Of a DNA stretch of 64,000 bases, positions 25,096 through 36,784 are shown in pieces. This DNA is from Eledone cirrhosa (taxonomy: Eukaryota), in assembly GCA_964016885.1 (NCBI GenBank), contig OZ024757.1, positions 9,796,001-9,860,000 of the forward strand, written 5' to 3'. The translations under genes and the position numbers were made by a program. The notes beneath the pieces were generated by a model. It was not told the origin of the DNA and ran no database searches. It saw nothing but the letters and a program-made list of their open reading frames with translations. Within the stretch, counting starts at the first letter, position 1. Every line of letters starts with the position of its first letter.

Positions 25096-25488
25096 ACATA
25101 TAGATAATTGTTTCTACTTTAGGCACAAGGCCAACAATTACCCAGTGCATTACTGGTACTTTATTTTATCGACCCCGTAAGGATGAAAGGCAAATCAACC
25201 TCGGCGGGATTTGAACTCAGATCGTAAAGGGACGTAACTATGCTGGAAAGCATGGCGTCCGACCCTCTACCGATACTGCCAATCCACATATAGATAATTG
25301 TTTCTACTTTAGGCACAAGGCCAGCAATTACCCAGTGCATTACTGGTACTTTATTTTATCGACCCCGTAAGGATGAAAGGCAAATCAACCTCGGCGGGAT
25401 TTGAACTCAGATCGTAAAGGGACGTAACTATGCTGGAAAGCATGGCGTTCGACTCTCTACCGATACTGCCAATCCACATATAGATAAT
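25096..25488 (-). mobile_element. Tandem SINE dimer with triplicated 13-bp TSD
   Basis: ACATATAGATAAT occurs at 25096, 25286 and 25476 (period 190), separating two SINE copies. Confidence 0.9.
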
Positions 25489-25509
25489 GACTTTGATTTA
25501 TAGTTTCTG

Positions 25510-25757
25510 TTCTAGTTAGTGACTTAGTAATATATTATTGTTGATCCCTTATAGTTAGTGATTTAGTGATATATAGTTACTGTTGGTACCTTATAGTTAG
25601 TGATTTAGTGATATATAGTTACTGTTGGTACCTATTGGTTAGTGATTTAGTGATATATAGTTACTGTTGGTACCTTATAGTTAGTGATTTAGTGATATAT
25701 AGTTACTGTTGGTACCTTATAGTTAGTGACTTATAGAACCTGTTGGTACCTTATAGT
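25510..25757. repeat. 42-bp minisatellite, about 5-6 units
   Basis: Unit TTAGTGATTTAGTGATATATAGTTACTGTTGGTACCTTATAG. TGTTGGTACC recurs at 25581, 25623, 25665 and 25707. Confidence 0.9.
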
Positions 25758-25984
25758 CTGCTTTTGTACTTTTACTTTTACCTCTTCCTTTGTTACTTGA
25801 TAACGCTGTTAAAATTAATATTTTTATAAATTACCTTTAGTTTGAGTTATCTCCCAATAAAGGAATGAGGTTTTGTAATGAGGTGTTTTTTTTTTTCTTG
25901 TTTTATAAATTTTTTAATACGTTTTGATAATTTATTTAAAATAAATGAAGAAAAATGTATCATTAAAATATAGTATGAAGTTGT

Positions 25985-26153
25985 AGTGGCCTACATTCCG
26001 CGGACTCACATACATTCTCTGTGCGTGATGTGGCTCAGCTCAGCCAATCAGCGCCAGTAGAAGAGGATGTATCCCTACGCTTTCTGAGGGAGAAATAGCC
26101 CGCAAAGATTTGAGGACGCTATCACTCGCAGCTTCGACCGTGCTAAGGTAAAC
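25985..26153 (+). promoter_or_regulatory. Candidate promoter plus non-coding first exon
   Basis: Unique, CpG-enriched patch with an NF-Y-type AGCCAATCAG box (26042-26051) and a splice donor AAG|GTAAAC at 26148. No downstream coding exon was identified. Confidence 0.35.
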
Positions 26154-28153
26154 AACCATTTTTCTTGCGCCGTGAAAGCACAAACAATATGTAACGACAA
26201 AACATTACCTACGAGCCTGGTCAAAAACCCCTTCAGCCAGTCGCCCGTATTTTCTCTTGTAATCTTAATTGAATTATTTCATTTCTCTTGGAATGCCAGC
26301 TTAATTCACTTCTTAACCGTTGTTAATAAATAATGTAAAACCAAGCTAAAGTCGTTGTCGATATTTCCTATCATATCTTTCTACCTAACCTGGTTCCTCG
26401 TGGCGACATTACAACTCTCTAAATACTTCTCCGCTAAATTGGTGACTTATATTCAACAAAGAGAAACATTCATTTCCTTTAAAGTCATGGATTAATGGTT
26501 AGTGTGTTGGGCTCATCACTATTGTAAGATTGTGATGAGAAGTGTGTTGTCCTTGAGCAAGACATTTTATTTCATGTTACTCCAGTCCACATGGGTGGTA
26601 AAGATGAGTTATGATGACACTGGTGCCAAGCTGAATCAATATTTGTCTTTTTCTTAGATAACATCAGTGATGTGTAGAGAAGATGCATGGGTGACTTCTT
26701 GTCTTCTACAAAAACACCTTGACCTGGCTTGCACCTTGGAGTGGAACTTTTCATGCACAAACCTGTGGTCAGGATCATATATTTTATTATACTATCTTCT
26801 CTTCTACTTTATTATTAAATTCCTTTCTATAGGGGAACATTCCCCATTGGTTAAAATTGATTTAGAAAAATGCAACCTTCGTCTTCTCGGATGCATGGTA
26901 AATTTTCAAGACTCATTTTAAGAAAAAAAACAGCATCTTTCACACTTGTAAATATGTTAATTGTATAGTAGTTTTTTCTTTTTCTTTTTTTATTTCTTTT
27001 TTATTTTATTTACAATTGCATATGTTAATGTGAAAATTCATTTTGTGAGATATTATTCCAAACCAAAGCCCGAAAGTCTTAAAAGATGAAAGTTCATGTT
27101 ACACAAACAGAAAGTAGAAATATCTTGCAAATATTTTTAATTTATGTAAACTAAATAGATAGTTTAATTAGATAAACTTTTTTTTTTGTTTTTGGTTTAA
27201 ATCATTCATATTAAGCATGGCATTATGTTTTCTTTATATTAATCCACCCACCTACATATAAAAATAAAATAAAACAAATTATATCATACAAAATATTGAT
27301 TTTGTAGTTTACAGTATTTTGAAAAAAGAAAAAAAAATCTCTTACTAACACAAAATATAGTTTTACTGGAAAATCATGGAAACATTTTTATATCAATTGT
27401 TAAAATAATACAGTCTGTCTGTTAGTAGACTAGACATCAACTCCTGATTATATTTAATAAAAGAAACCTTTTATACAGCTAATACCATATATACACACAC
27501 ATGCATAGCCCCCCAATTTCTCAGTCTAATTGTAGTTGTTTTGTAACTTCCTTTCTGTGTTCCCCTCCCCCCTTTCTTATGATAATCATTGCTAATGTGC
27601 TTTGCATATTAACATTTTTTTTAAATATTTTTTTTTAAAGAAATAAAAAATATATATATTGGAAACTTTTTTTAAATAAAGAATAAAATAAATAAAATCC
27701 CAACAAATTCTTTTTTGAAATAATCAAAAATAAATTACAATTAAAAAGGCTTTAACTCTTGTTTCCTTATATCTCTAGTCATCCTCCAAATGTGCTATCA
27801 CCATGCTCAGCAATTTGAAATGTTACTAACTCACATTAAATCTTTATTATTAGTCAAGCCATAAGAGATTAGAAATTATTACATAAGCAAGTAATTCTCT
27901 CTGTTCAGACACTAAAATATTTGGGATGTATTACACTATTAGCTAAAAAGGTATAATATGCCCATAAGGCAAAAAAAAAAAATAAATAAATAAAAACGCC
28001 ACAAAACACATGATGCCTAACTTATTGTAAAGTTAAGGAAATGTAGTATTGATATATATTGGAACCATATATATATATATATATATAATATATATATATA
28101 ATATATATATATAGACACACACACTCATGTAAATATATATATATATATATATA

Positions 28154-28342
28154 TAATATAAGATCAAAAGATGGTTAAAAGAGTTCCGAGTATTTTATTA
28201 TGCGCATTTCAAAAACAAATATCATCATAGGATGATATCTGCGTTCTCATCAGATAAAATAGGGATACATGATATGAAGCTTAAAAAACACTTGTGAATA
28301 GTGAAGTTTTAAATCAACATAAGATCTTTTGATCTTATATTA
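28154..28342. mobile_element. 189-bp ORF-less hammerhead element with 19-bp terminal inverted repeats
   Basis: TAATATAAGATCAAAAGAT (28154-28172) / ATCTTTTGATCTTATATTA (28324-28342). Adjacent to (TA)n and contains the HHR at 28191-28261. Confidence 0.7.
28191..28261 (-). ncRNA. Type I hammerhead ribozyme
   Basis: Minus strand: UAUUUUAU-CUGAUGA-[GAACGCAGAUAUCAUC cuau GAUGAUAUUUGUUUUU]-GAAA-UGCGCAU-A^-AUAAAAUA. Perfect 8-bp stem I, canonical core, self-complementary AUGCGCAU stem III. Confidence 0.85.
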
Positions 28343-28354
28343 TTTATACTCCAG

Positions 28355-28540
28355 GGCGGAGGATTGGCAGTATCGGTAGAGGGTTGGACGCCATGCTTTG
28401 ATGTATAGAGTTACGGTCCTTGCCATTCTGAGTTCAAATCACGCCGAGGTTAACTTTGCCTTTCATCCTTTCGGGGTCGATAAAATAAAGTACCAGTAAT
28501 ACACTGGGTAATTGCTGGCCTTGTGCCAAATGTAGAAACA
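28355..28540 (+). mobile_element. tRNA-derived SINE, full length, 16-bp TSD
   Basis: TSD ATTATTTATACTCCAG at 28339-28354 and 28541-28556. A and B boxes present. Confidence 0.9.
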
Positions 28541-28671
28541 ATTATTTATACTCCAGTCCTACAAACTGTAGAGTGCTACTTATCCGATATTTGCATTGCT
28601 TTATTGTGCTACAATAAAACTCACCTCCTACATATATATATACACACACACACATATAAATACACACACGC

Positions 28672-28711
<40 letters not shown>

Positions 28712-29480
28712 ACACACACACGCATACGTATGTGTCTATAATTTTTTTGGGGGAAAAGACCAATACATTCAGTTTGAATAAAATGGTGTTTGCACCCCCC
28801 CCCCCCTCTTTCCTTGATGCCATAAAGTATGTGCTTATTTTGATATTTTGCTTAATATTTAATCCTATCCTGAATGGAAGATATGAGCAAGATGAAGTAG
28901 GTCTGACCCATCTGATCTCAGACTCTGACAACCCGTCCAATCCATGCCAAGATGGAAAGTAGATGTAAAATGATGATGATGATGATGATGTCTACTTTAG
29001 AGCTGCATTATTTTTTTTTTTTTTGTTTACCTGTGTATATAGTATATCAGATACACAAGTTACACTACATCTATATGTGTATAGTGCTGCAACACTGTTT
29101 CCTTTACATATATATACACACACACATATGGATAATACCATACTCCATATATACATATATAAAGGAAACTGTTTCCTGTTTGATATCATCTTAGTTAATT
29201 CCTATGTCCTTCAGATTGGCCCCTTAAATATACTTTTCCAGGTGTGCCTTGCTTGTCCTCACTTTTACTTATCACCTATTGGTAGCCAACTTATAGCAGT
29301 TCTTAAAGGTCACTGTTCTGACCAATGTAAAACATTCTGGGCTAATCAGTATTGGAATTCTGTATTGTAGCATATTTACGTTTAAAGTTAAAGAAAAACT
29401 CCTGTAATATTTGCTAATTTTAGAGAGATTATACTCACATACATACATACGTATGTATGTATGTGTGTATATATATATAT

Positions 29481-29607
29481 ATATTTGAAAAAAAGGAAAA
29501 TGACTTCACTTGTAGTCTTTAAAAAATTTTTTATTTAATTTTATATTATATTATCAAAAAAATGTTAACACTACAAGTGAAGTCATTTTTTCCTTTTTTT
29601 CAAATAT
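29481..29607. repeat. Short fold-back (~36-bp arms) next to (TA)n
   Basis: ATATTTGAAAAAAAGGAAAATGACTTCACTTGTAGT / ACTACAAGTGAAGTCATTTTTTCCTTTTTTTCAAATAT. Confidence 0.75.
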
Positions 29608-29707
29608 ACCTAACTGTACCAAGGATCTCACACATTTTCCAATATATATATAATACACTGTGTGTGTGTGTATATATATTGTGTGTATATATGTATACAC
29701 ACACATA

Positions 29708-29803
29708 CAGGGTGTCCATAAAAATGTATACACTTCAACAGCGTTCTAATGAATAATGCCTGTATAAGTGATCAGTGTGTATACATTTTTGGGAGACACC
29801 GTG
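29708..29803. mobile_element. Tc1/mariner-type mini-MITE
   Basis: ta|CAGGGTGTCCATAAAAATGTATACAC ... GTGTATACATTTTTGGGAGACACCGTG imperfect TIRs. Confidence 0.55.
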
Positions 29804-31199
29804 CGTGCATGTGTGTGTGTGTATGTATATATATATATATATATATATATACTTGTAGACAATTGCATTTTTTCTTTTTTTTTCTACTAGATAATTTTGA
29901 TAGGGTGCAAAAAAATCTATACACAACTTCAGTTATGGAATCTTTCTCTGAATGTAGATTATTAAACAGTGAAACCAAAATATGGTAAGCAGGCTGTGAC
30001 TTACATACAAGTGTATGTGTTTGTGTGTACAATACATAGATCACTCTTCTTTCCTCTACCTTTTCTATGGAAATACTTAACACACACACACAAACACATA
30101 AACACTCAACACAATGCAATGTTGAGGATATTGTTAAACATAATTGCTGAAAGAAGCATTTCAAGATATTCTTAGCATTGTTAGGATGAGAATTATGGTG
30201 AGATTAATAATCAAAAATATTTGTGACAGTGATAATACTTTAACCCTTTAATGTTCAAACCGGCCAAAACCAGCCAGAATTCTCTACCTCTTTCTGTTGA
30301 AACTGGCTGTAACTGGTCGCTCAAACTGATGTTAAGGTATTGTTCTCAAAATAAATACTTTCAAAATCTCATAGATTCAATATTATGTGAGGTAAAGCCT
30401 TTACCATGAAAATATAATAGTATATATAAAATAATGTGACAGTGATAAAACTTTTATTGTACAACGACAACCAAGCATTTTAAGGCCTTTCCCGTTCTAA
30501 GGCCAGTTGGTTAGCCTTATGAGTCCCATGATATTCTCTTCATATTCACCACGGAGTTCTGTCTGTCTGATATCAACCCCTTATAGTTGCTTCCTATGAC
30601 ATTCAAGGATTTGATGTAACTACTCTAAATTTGACTGATCCCCCCCCCCCCACATACACACATGGGCACTTTGAGTTCGTTTGTTGAGTAAACCCAAGGA
30701 ATAACCATCTGAGATCCCTGACCAGCTTCATACTCATCATGTGGTCCACTTGAAGATGACATTATTTCTTGGTTGGATGCCCTTCATAGTGCCAACTTAC
30801 TTAGTCACTGTCTAATGACACAGGGATATGGCATACCTATTCTACACTGGATACATACAGAAATAACATTGTTGTTAGTATATATTATCTGTGAAGGCAA
30901 TTCACAATTGTGAGGTTGCAAATTCAATTCTCAAACCAGGTGATGTGTTATGTCCTTGCACGACACTTTATTTCATGTTGCTCTTTCTGCCAAGATTTGC
31001 AACCAATAGATAATATTAGCAATGGAAACATTGTTTCCTTGGTCTGATTTGACAACTTCCACCCCACTTGCTAAATGAGTGAGGTCTGGGATTTATTTGA
31101 TCGATCAATATATTACCAACTGATGGAGATAATATATTTCTATAAAGTTGTTACAAATATTTTTCACTTCACACTTTTTTAGTGAGAGTATGTTATTAT

Positions 31200-31695
31200 T
31201 GGATTGGCAGAATCAGCACAGTTGCGCCTCTTTATGGTTTGAGTTCAAATCCCGCTGAGGTTAATTTTAACTTTCATCCTTACGGGGTCGATAAAATAAA
31301 GTACCAGTAATGTACTGAGATAATTCCTGGCCTTGTGCCAACAGTAGAAACAATTATTATTATTATTATTCTTTCATCTGTATGGGCTCGATAAAATAAA
31401 GTACCAGTAATGCACTGGGGTGATTTAATTGACTTCCCCCCCCCCCTAAAATGTTGGCCTTGTGCCTAAATCAAAAACCACTATTATTATTTAGGGCAGT
31501 GGATTGGCAGTATGAGTAGAACATTGGACAGCATGTTTTGTGGCATATAGTTATGTCCCTTCACATTCTGAGTTCAAATCCTGTTGAGGAGTTGATAAAA
31601 TAAAGTTCCTGTACTGGGGTCGATTTAATCAACTTTCCCTTCACCCCGAAATTGTTAGCCTTGTGCCTATATAAGAAACCATTATTATTATTATT
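31200..31695 (+). mobile_element. Cluster of three diverged SINE copies/fragments, each ending in (ATT)n
   Basis: Repeated GATAAAATAAAGTACCAG core and GGCCTTGTGCC...AAAC.ATTATT tails at ~31340, ~31480 and ~31680. Confidence 0.75.
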
Positions 31696-32982
31696 TGATT
31701 TTATTTCTTGTATTTTTTTCTTGCTTTCTATGAGTGAATTTAAACTTCTGGGCTGATGATCTTTCCCTGAGGAATTCAAACTTTTCTCAGTATGATCTCT
31801 GTTTTTTCCCTTGGTAAAACACATACTACTACTATAACGACTGTTGCTGATACTACTATTATTTCTACTATAACTACTGCTGCTACTGTTACTTCTATTA
31901 CTACTGCTACCACAACTATTATTATTGCTGCTGCTACTACTCTGATTACTACAACTGCTACTGCTACTATTACTACTACTACTACTTGCCTTAGTGTGTG
32001 TTGGATACAAAACTTTCTACTCTCACTTTGTTTTTTCTTTCATTTGTTTTTTTTTAATGTAGCCTTGTAATCTTAGGAGGTCATTCCTGATTAGACAGAT
32101 AGACCTATTCACTTCATGGTTGAGTGATTAACTATGATAATAATATCCTCTACCACAGTAAAAACAAATTCCTTGCTTCAACAGAGGAAATTGGATTTTT
32201 TAAAAACAAACACCTCATTGTTTTCTTCACTTTTTTTTATTTTTTTATTTCTGTTTCATTTTCTGGGTTTTTTTTCTTCTTGATTACAATCTACACCACA
32301 ACTCACATTTTCCACATAAGTGGCTCATTGGCAGAGTCCTTAGAGCATTGAATTTGTCCCAGCATTTGTTCTGACATATTATATTCTGAGTTCAAACTCT
32401 GCCGAGGTCAACTTTGTCCTTTAGAAGTCTTCTTCTTCACCCACTCATATCTGAGAGGGTCTTGGAGGCAGAGTCTGCAAACACACCTTCCAGTGGGTCC
32501 TGTCAGAAGCAACCATCTCCACCTAATTCAGCAGGATCCCCAAGTGAGACCAACCAATCTCATGGATGTTATCCAACCATCTTGCTTGTGGGATCTACCT
32601 CTGTGTCTCCTGCTGGTTGGTTTTGCTTGTAATATCTGTCTAATGATTCTTTCCTGAGATATTCTAACCACATGCCCTTTTGAAGTCAATAAAAATAAAG
32701 TACCAGTCCAGTGGGCAGGGATTCGGTAGAATTTGTTAAATAATCAGATAGAATATTTTGCCGCATGTGACCTAGCTCTGTTGCAGTCTTGAGTTGAAAT
32801 CCTACTTCCTCCTGCCAGGAATTGTAACGTTCAGATAGTTTCATCAATGGAAACATTGATTTGTTGGTTTGGTCTGACAATTGGCTATTTTCCTTTTTTT
32901 TTTTTTTTTTTTCATATTTAAAAAAAGTACAATTTAAAAAAGAAGTATTCACTTATTGTGTTAATGTCAGTTATTAGTTTAT

Positions 32983-33200
32983 ACTAGCTAGCCACAGGCC
33001 GTCAAAAATGAAGGTAATTGTAATATCTATACATAATATAAAAAAGAGGTGTTTGTTGGTTGCTTGGTTGTTTGGTTGCTTGCTTGCTTCCTTCGCACTC
33101 ACACAAGTGATACAAACATACAAACACAGCTGTGACGAATCTTAGAATACTGGACTTCTATTGTTTCTCACCCCATCTTCCTTCATCAGTCATTATATAG
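32983..33200. mobile_element. Possible non-autonomous Helitron ends
   Basis: Minus-strand subterminal hairpin (CCGTCAAAAATGAAGG) plus CTAG|T at ~32983, and a TCTATACATAATATAAAA + (GTTG)n 5'-type end at 33026. Confidence 0.3.
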
Positions 33201-33743
33201 ATGTATGTGTATTAGACACCCTTTCCTTCCCCAGTCGACATAATCACTACTTCCTTCCTCAATCGACATCAGCCATCTCTATTGTGTGACAGACGAATAC
33301 ACAAGGCTATTATATTACTAAGAAAATATACAAATGCTATAATTATTTTTATTATTGGTGGCATAAAACAAGATAAATATAAAAGCTGTTAAAATTTATT
33401 CTACAAAAAGAATCTTTCAATATTATATATACATACATATATACATGATGTAAGTTGGTCAGGGTTAGGAAACTACAGTCATAGAAGCCATACTAATGTG
33501 GAAAGCAGACTTAAAAATGATGGTGTTATATATATACATACACAACACACACACACACACACACACACTTATATGGGTATGTGTGTGTATATATATATAT
33601 ATATGTGTGCATATATATATATTCATATATACACATAAATAGACACACTCTGATATTCACTCTGTTCCTGAATCTGCATCCACTACTATATTGATCTGGT
33701 TTGTCCTGGTCTTCGAATTGCAAACACTTCATATCTGTATACT

Positions 33744-33796
<53 letters not shown>

Positions 33797-34391
33797 ATGT
33801 GTGTGTTTATATATGTATATATGTGTATATAAATGTTTATATATATATGTGTGTATATATATGTTTATATATATATGTGTACATATATAGGTATATACAT
33901 ATGTGTGTGTATATATATGTGTGTGTATATATATATACGTGTGCGTGTATGTATGTATATATATATATATCTGAGTAAGGTTTAGTAGACATTCTACAAT
34001 AGTTGAAACAGGAATTACAACTGACATAGTATCAACATTGAAAAGACCAATGAAGACAGTTTCCTTGGTCAGTCAGATCTGGCAATTGGTTCCTTTCCTT
34101 TATTTTATTCTTCTTTACATCATTTTTCTTTAAAACAAAACACTAAAAATATGGTGGACCAACTAAGAAAACACAACACAAAACATGTTTATACATATTT
34201 TTTTTTATATTTTGTTTCCATTGTTCATTCATGTTCCAGTAAAACACAAAGCACTCTTTTAGTCATTTTTTTTCTAAATATTTGTGCAATTGCTTTAATA
34301 AAGCTGGATTATTATAATGTAAATTATTTTGGGTTTTTAATTATGTCTCTGTATTTGTGTGTGTGTGTGTGTGTGTATGAAGATGCATAAC

Positions 34392-34585
34392 TTAACCCTT
34401 TAGCATTTAAATCAGCCAGAATTCTCTCACTTTCTGTTCATATCAGTGGCCACCCATACTAATGTTAAGGTATTGTTCTCAAAATAAATAATATCAAATC
34501 TCATAGATTCAATATGTAAAATAAAGATTTTACTGTGAAAATACAATAGTATATAGAGTAATTAATGTAAATGCTAAAGGATTAA
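34392..34585. mobile_element. TTAA-flanked (piggyBac-like) MITE
   Basis: ttaa|CCCTTTAGCATTTA...TAAATGCTAAAGGA|ttaa. Same family as 2807-3090, in opposite internal orientation. Confidence 0.6.
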
Positions 34586-35909
34586 TAATTAAGGTTTTGG
34601 ACTCATGGTTGTAAAATAAGGAGTTTTGATTCTTGAACCTGGCCACACATTGACTTGAGCAAGATTTTTCATTTTATGTTGTTCCAGTCCACTCAGCTTA
34701 AATAAAAATGTGCTTGTATGTCAAAGGGCCAACCATGTTACACAGAATCTCCCTAAAGACTATGTTAAGGATGCATATGTCTGAGGAATGCTCAGCCACT
34801 TGTTAATTTCATTATTAAGCTGTTCCATTCTTCAAACAACTGGAACACTCATTGTCGAAACTGAAAGAGGTCCAACAGCAATGCATGTGTGTGTGTGTGT
34901 GTGTATGTATGCATACATGTATGTATGTCTTCTATTTAGAAAAATTATATGAATTCTTCCAGTAAAGAAGGAGCTAGTTTCTACCAAAGGACCAAATTCT
35001 CTTGATAGAATTTAAATAACAAAAATGGTGAGTGTCATTTGTTGAACTTTAGAAAAGTCTTGCATATCTTTACTGCTACATTCAGATTGTTTTTGTAAAG
35101 TATCACTTAGATTTTTACTAACATGTATGTATGAATAATCAGATGAAGAAAGAAGCTGGTCTCTAAGAAACAAAGGCTCCATTGTTAGAGTTTAAACAAC
35201 ACCAGACTAAAGAAACAATTGTTAATACGTTGAATAAACCCTATTGTACAGCCGACCACGTTATTCTTCACTCATTTACTATTATTATTCAAAGAACCGC
35301 TTACTGAGGAACTGTCTTGAATTGGCCACCCAACTAAGGAAACTTCTTGTTGAGTCAAACAACGCCGAATGTTAAAACTATCCTCGATACAGAGTAATCA
35401 TAACCTCTACTAGGATTACCTTAAATGATATCTCGTTAACTTATATATTTAGAATGTTAGGGAGTGACACTCTAGTTGATATATATAATAATAATAAAAA
35501 AAAGTAAAAAATGCTAATGGGATTTTTTTATAGAATAACAGCAAAACATTTATTTACAAAAAAGAAATTTATCATACCGGTTTTAGCCACGTGGGCTTCT
35601 TCATACTACGGAAGTAATAACATTTATAATGGAGTTGAGTTGGATAATAATAAGAATATGGTATAAAATAACATGCTTTACATACATATATATAGAAGTT
35701 GGTGGTGTTGACTATAACTGCAGCAGTGGTAGTGAAAGTAACAGAGGAGAACTAACTTGTTCTATGTTCTTGGTGTTGACCTCGACAGTTGAGGTCAACA
35801 CCATATATATATATATATATATAGGTATTAGAGGTGCAAATTAATTGCTTCCGTAGCCTGTATGCCAAGATGAGCACTTGATGTTCGTGGGGAGCAGAGT
35901 ATCAATAAT

Positions 35910-36092
35910 TGTTTCTACTTTTGGCACAAGACCAGCAATTACCCAGTGCATTACTGGTACTTTATTTTATCGACCCCGTAAGGATGAAAGGCAAAGTTAA
36001 CCTCGGCGGGATTTGAACTCAGAATGGCAAGGGCCGTAACTCTATGCGTCAAAGCATGGCGTCCGACCCTCTACCGATACTGCCAGTCCACC
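35910..36092 (-). mobile_element. tRNA-derived SINE, 18-bp TSD
   Basis: TSD GAGCAGAGTATCAATAAT at 35892-35909 and 36093-36110. Confidence 0.9.
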
Positions 36093-36162
36093 GAGCAGAG
36101 TATCAATAATAACAACAAATAGGGAACAAAGAATCAGTATTACATCATATACATATTTAATT

Positions 36163-36254
36163 ACATATTACATATGTTTCACTGTCGATCAGCTCGAGGA
36201 ACGATCGATTAATGATCGATGCTGACTCTGGAATCGGAAGCTCCTCAGATATGT
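36163..36254 (-). ncRNA. Type I hammerhead ribozyme with long stem II
   Basis: Minus strand: ACAUAU-CUGAGGA-[~60-nt imperfect stem II GCU...AGU]-GAAA-CAUAUGU-A^-AUAUGU. 6-bp stem I, palindromic ACAUAUGU stem III, GUA triplet. Confidence 0.72.
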
Positions 36255-36375
36255 GTTCACATATCTAACTTAATAGCACCGCCTGGCGAAGTCTTTCAAA
36301 TTAGGATTTGGACACCATGGCCCTCTCAAGTAGAGAGTTATTGTTTACTGTAGAGTAATGAGTCTACACATGAAC

Positions 36376-36467
36376 ATATATCAGAGGAGCTTCCAATTCC
36401 AGAGTCAGGATCGATCATTATTTGATCGTTCCTCGAGCTGATCAACAGTGAAACATATGTAATATGT
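36376..36467 (+). ncRNA. Hammerhead mirror copy with core change (CAGAGGA)
   Basis: Same fold as 36163-36254 but with U4 changed to A. Probably impaired. Confidence 0.55.
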
Positions 36468-36569
36468 AATTAAATATGTATATGATACAATACTGATTCT
36501 TTGTTCCCATATATTGTTATTATTATTATCATTATATATATATACACATTACCCACTCTACTACCCGAT

Positions 36570-36753
36570 TGGGGGAGGGGAAAGTCGATTAGATCGACAC
36601 CAGTGCATGATTGGTACTTTATTTTATCGACCATGGAAGGATGAAAGGCAAAGTTAACCTCGGCAGGATTTGAACTCAGATAATAAAGGGCCGTAACTCT
36701 TTGCTGCAAAGCATGGCGTCCTTCCCTCTACCGATACTGCCAATCCACCACCC
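36570..36753 (-). mobile_element. tRNA-derived SINE
   Basis: Same head and core as the other copies. Confidence 0.8.
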
Positions 36754-36784
36754 TAGAGTGTAATATAATTATAACAATAATAAT

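Larger units (their letters stand above)
36105..36525. mobile_element. ORF-less fold-back element (~155-bp arms) carrying inverted hammerheads
   Basis: 36105-36260 is the imperfect reverse complement of 36370-36525, with a ~110-bp spacer. Confidence 0.75.

Noticed and set aside
25510-25757. Regular 42-bp repeats as a possible CRISPR array
   Set aside because: The units are contiguous with no unique spacers, there are no cas genes and the context is eukaryotic. It is a minisatellite.
28355-28445. tRNA gene
   Set aside because: A and B boxes are present, but the sequence continues into a SINE core and tail, has a TSD and has many dispersed copies.
33526-34027. YI/CV/TH-rich ORFs (also 8430-9278, 10795-11213, 28523-30175)
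   Set aside because: These are translations of (TA)n, (CA)n and (TG)n microsatellites with no protein signal.
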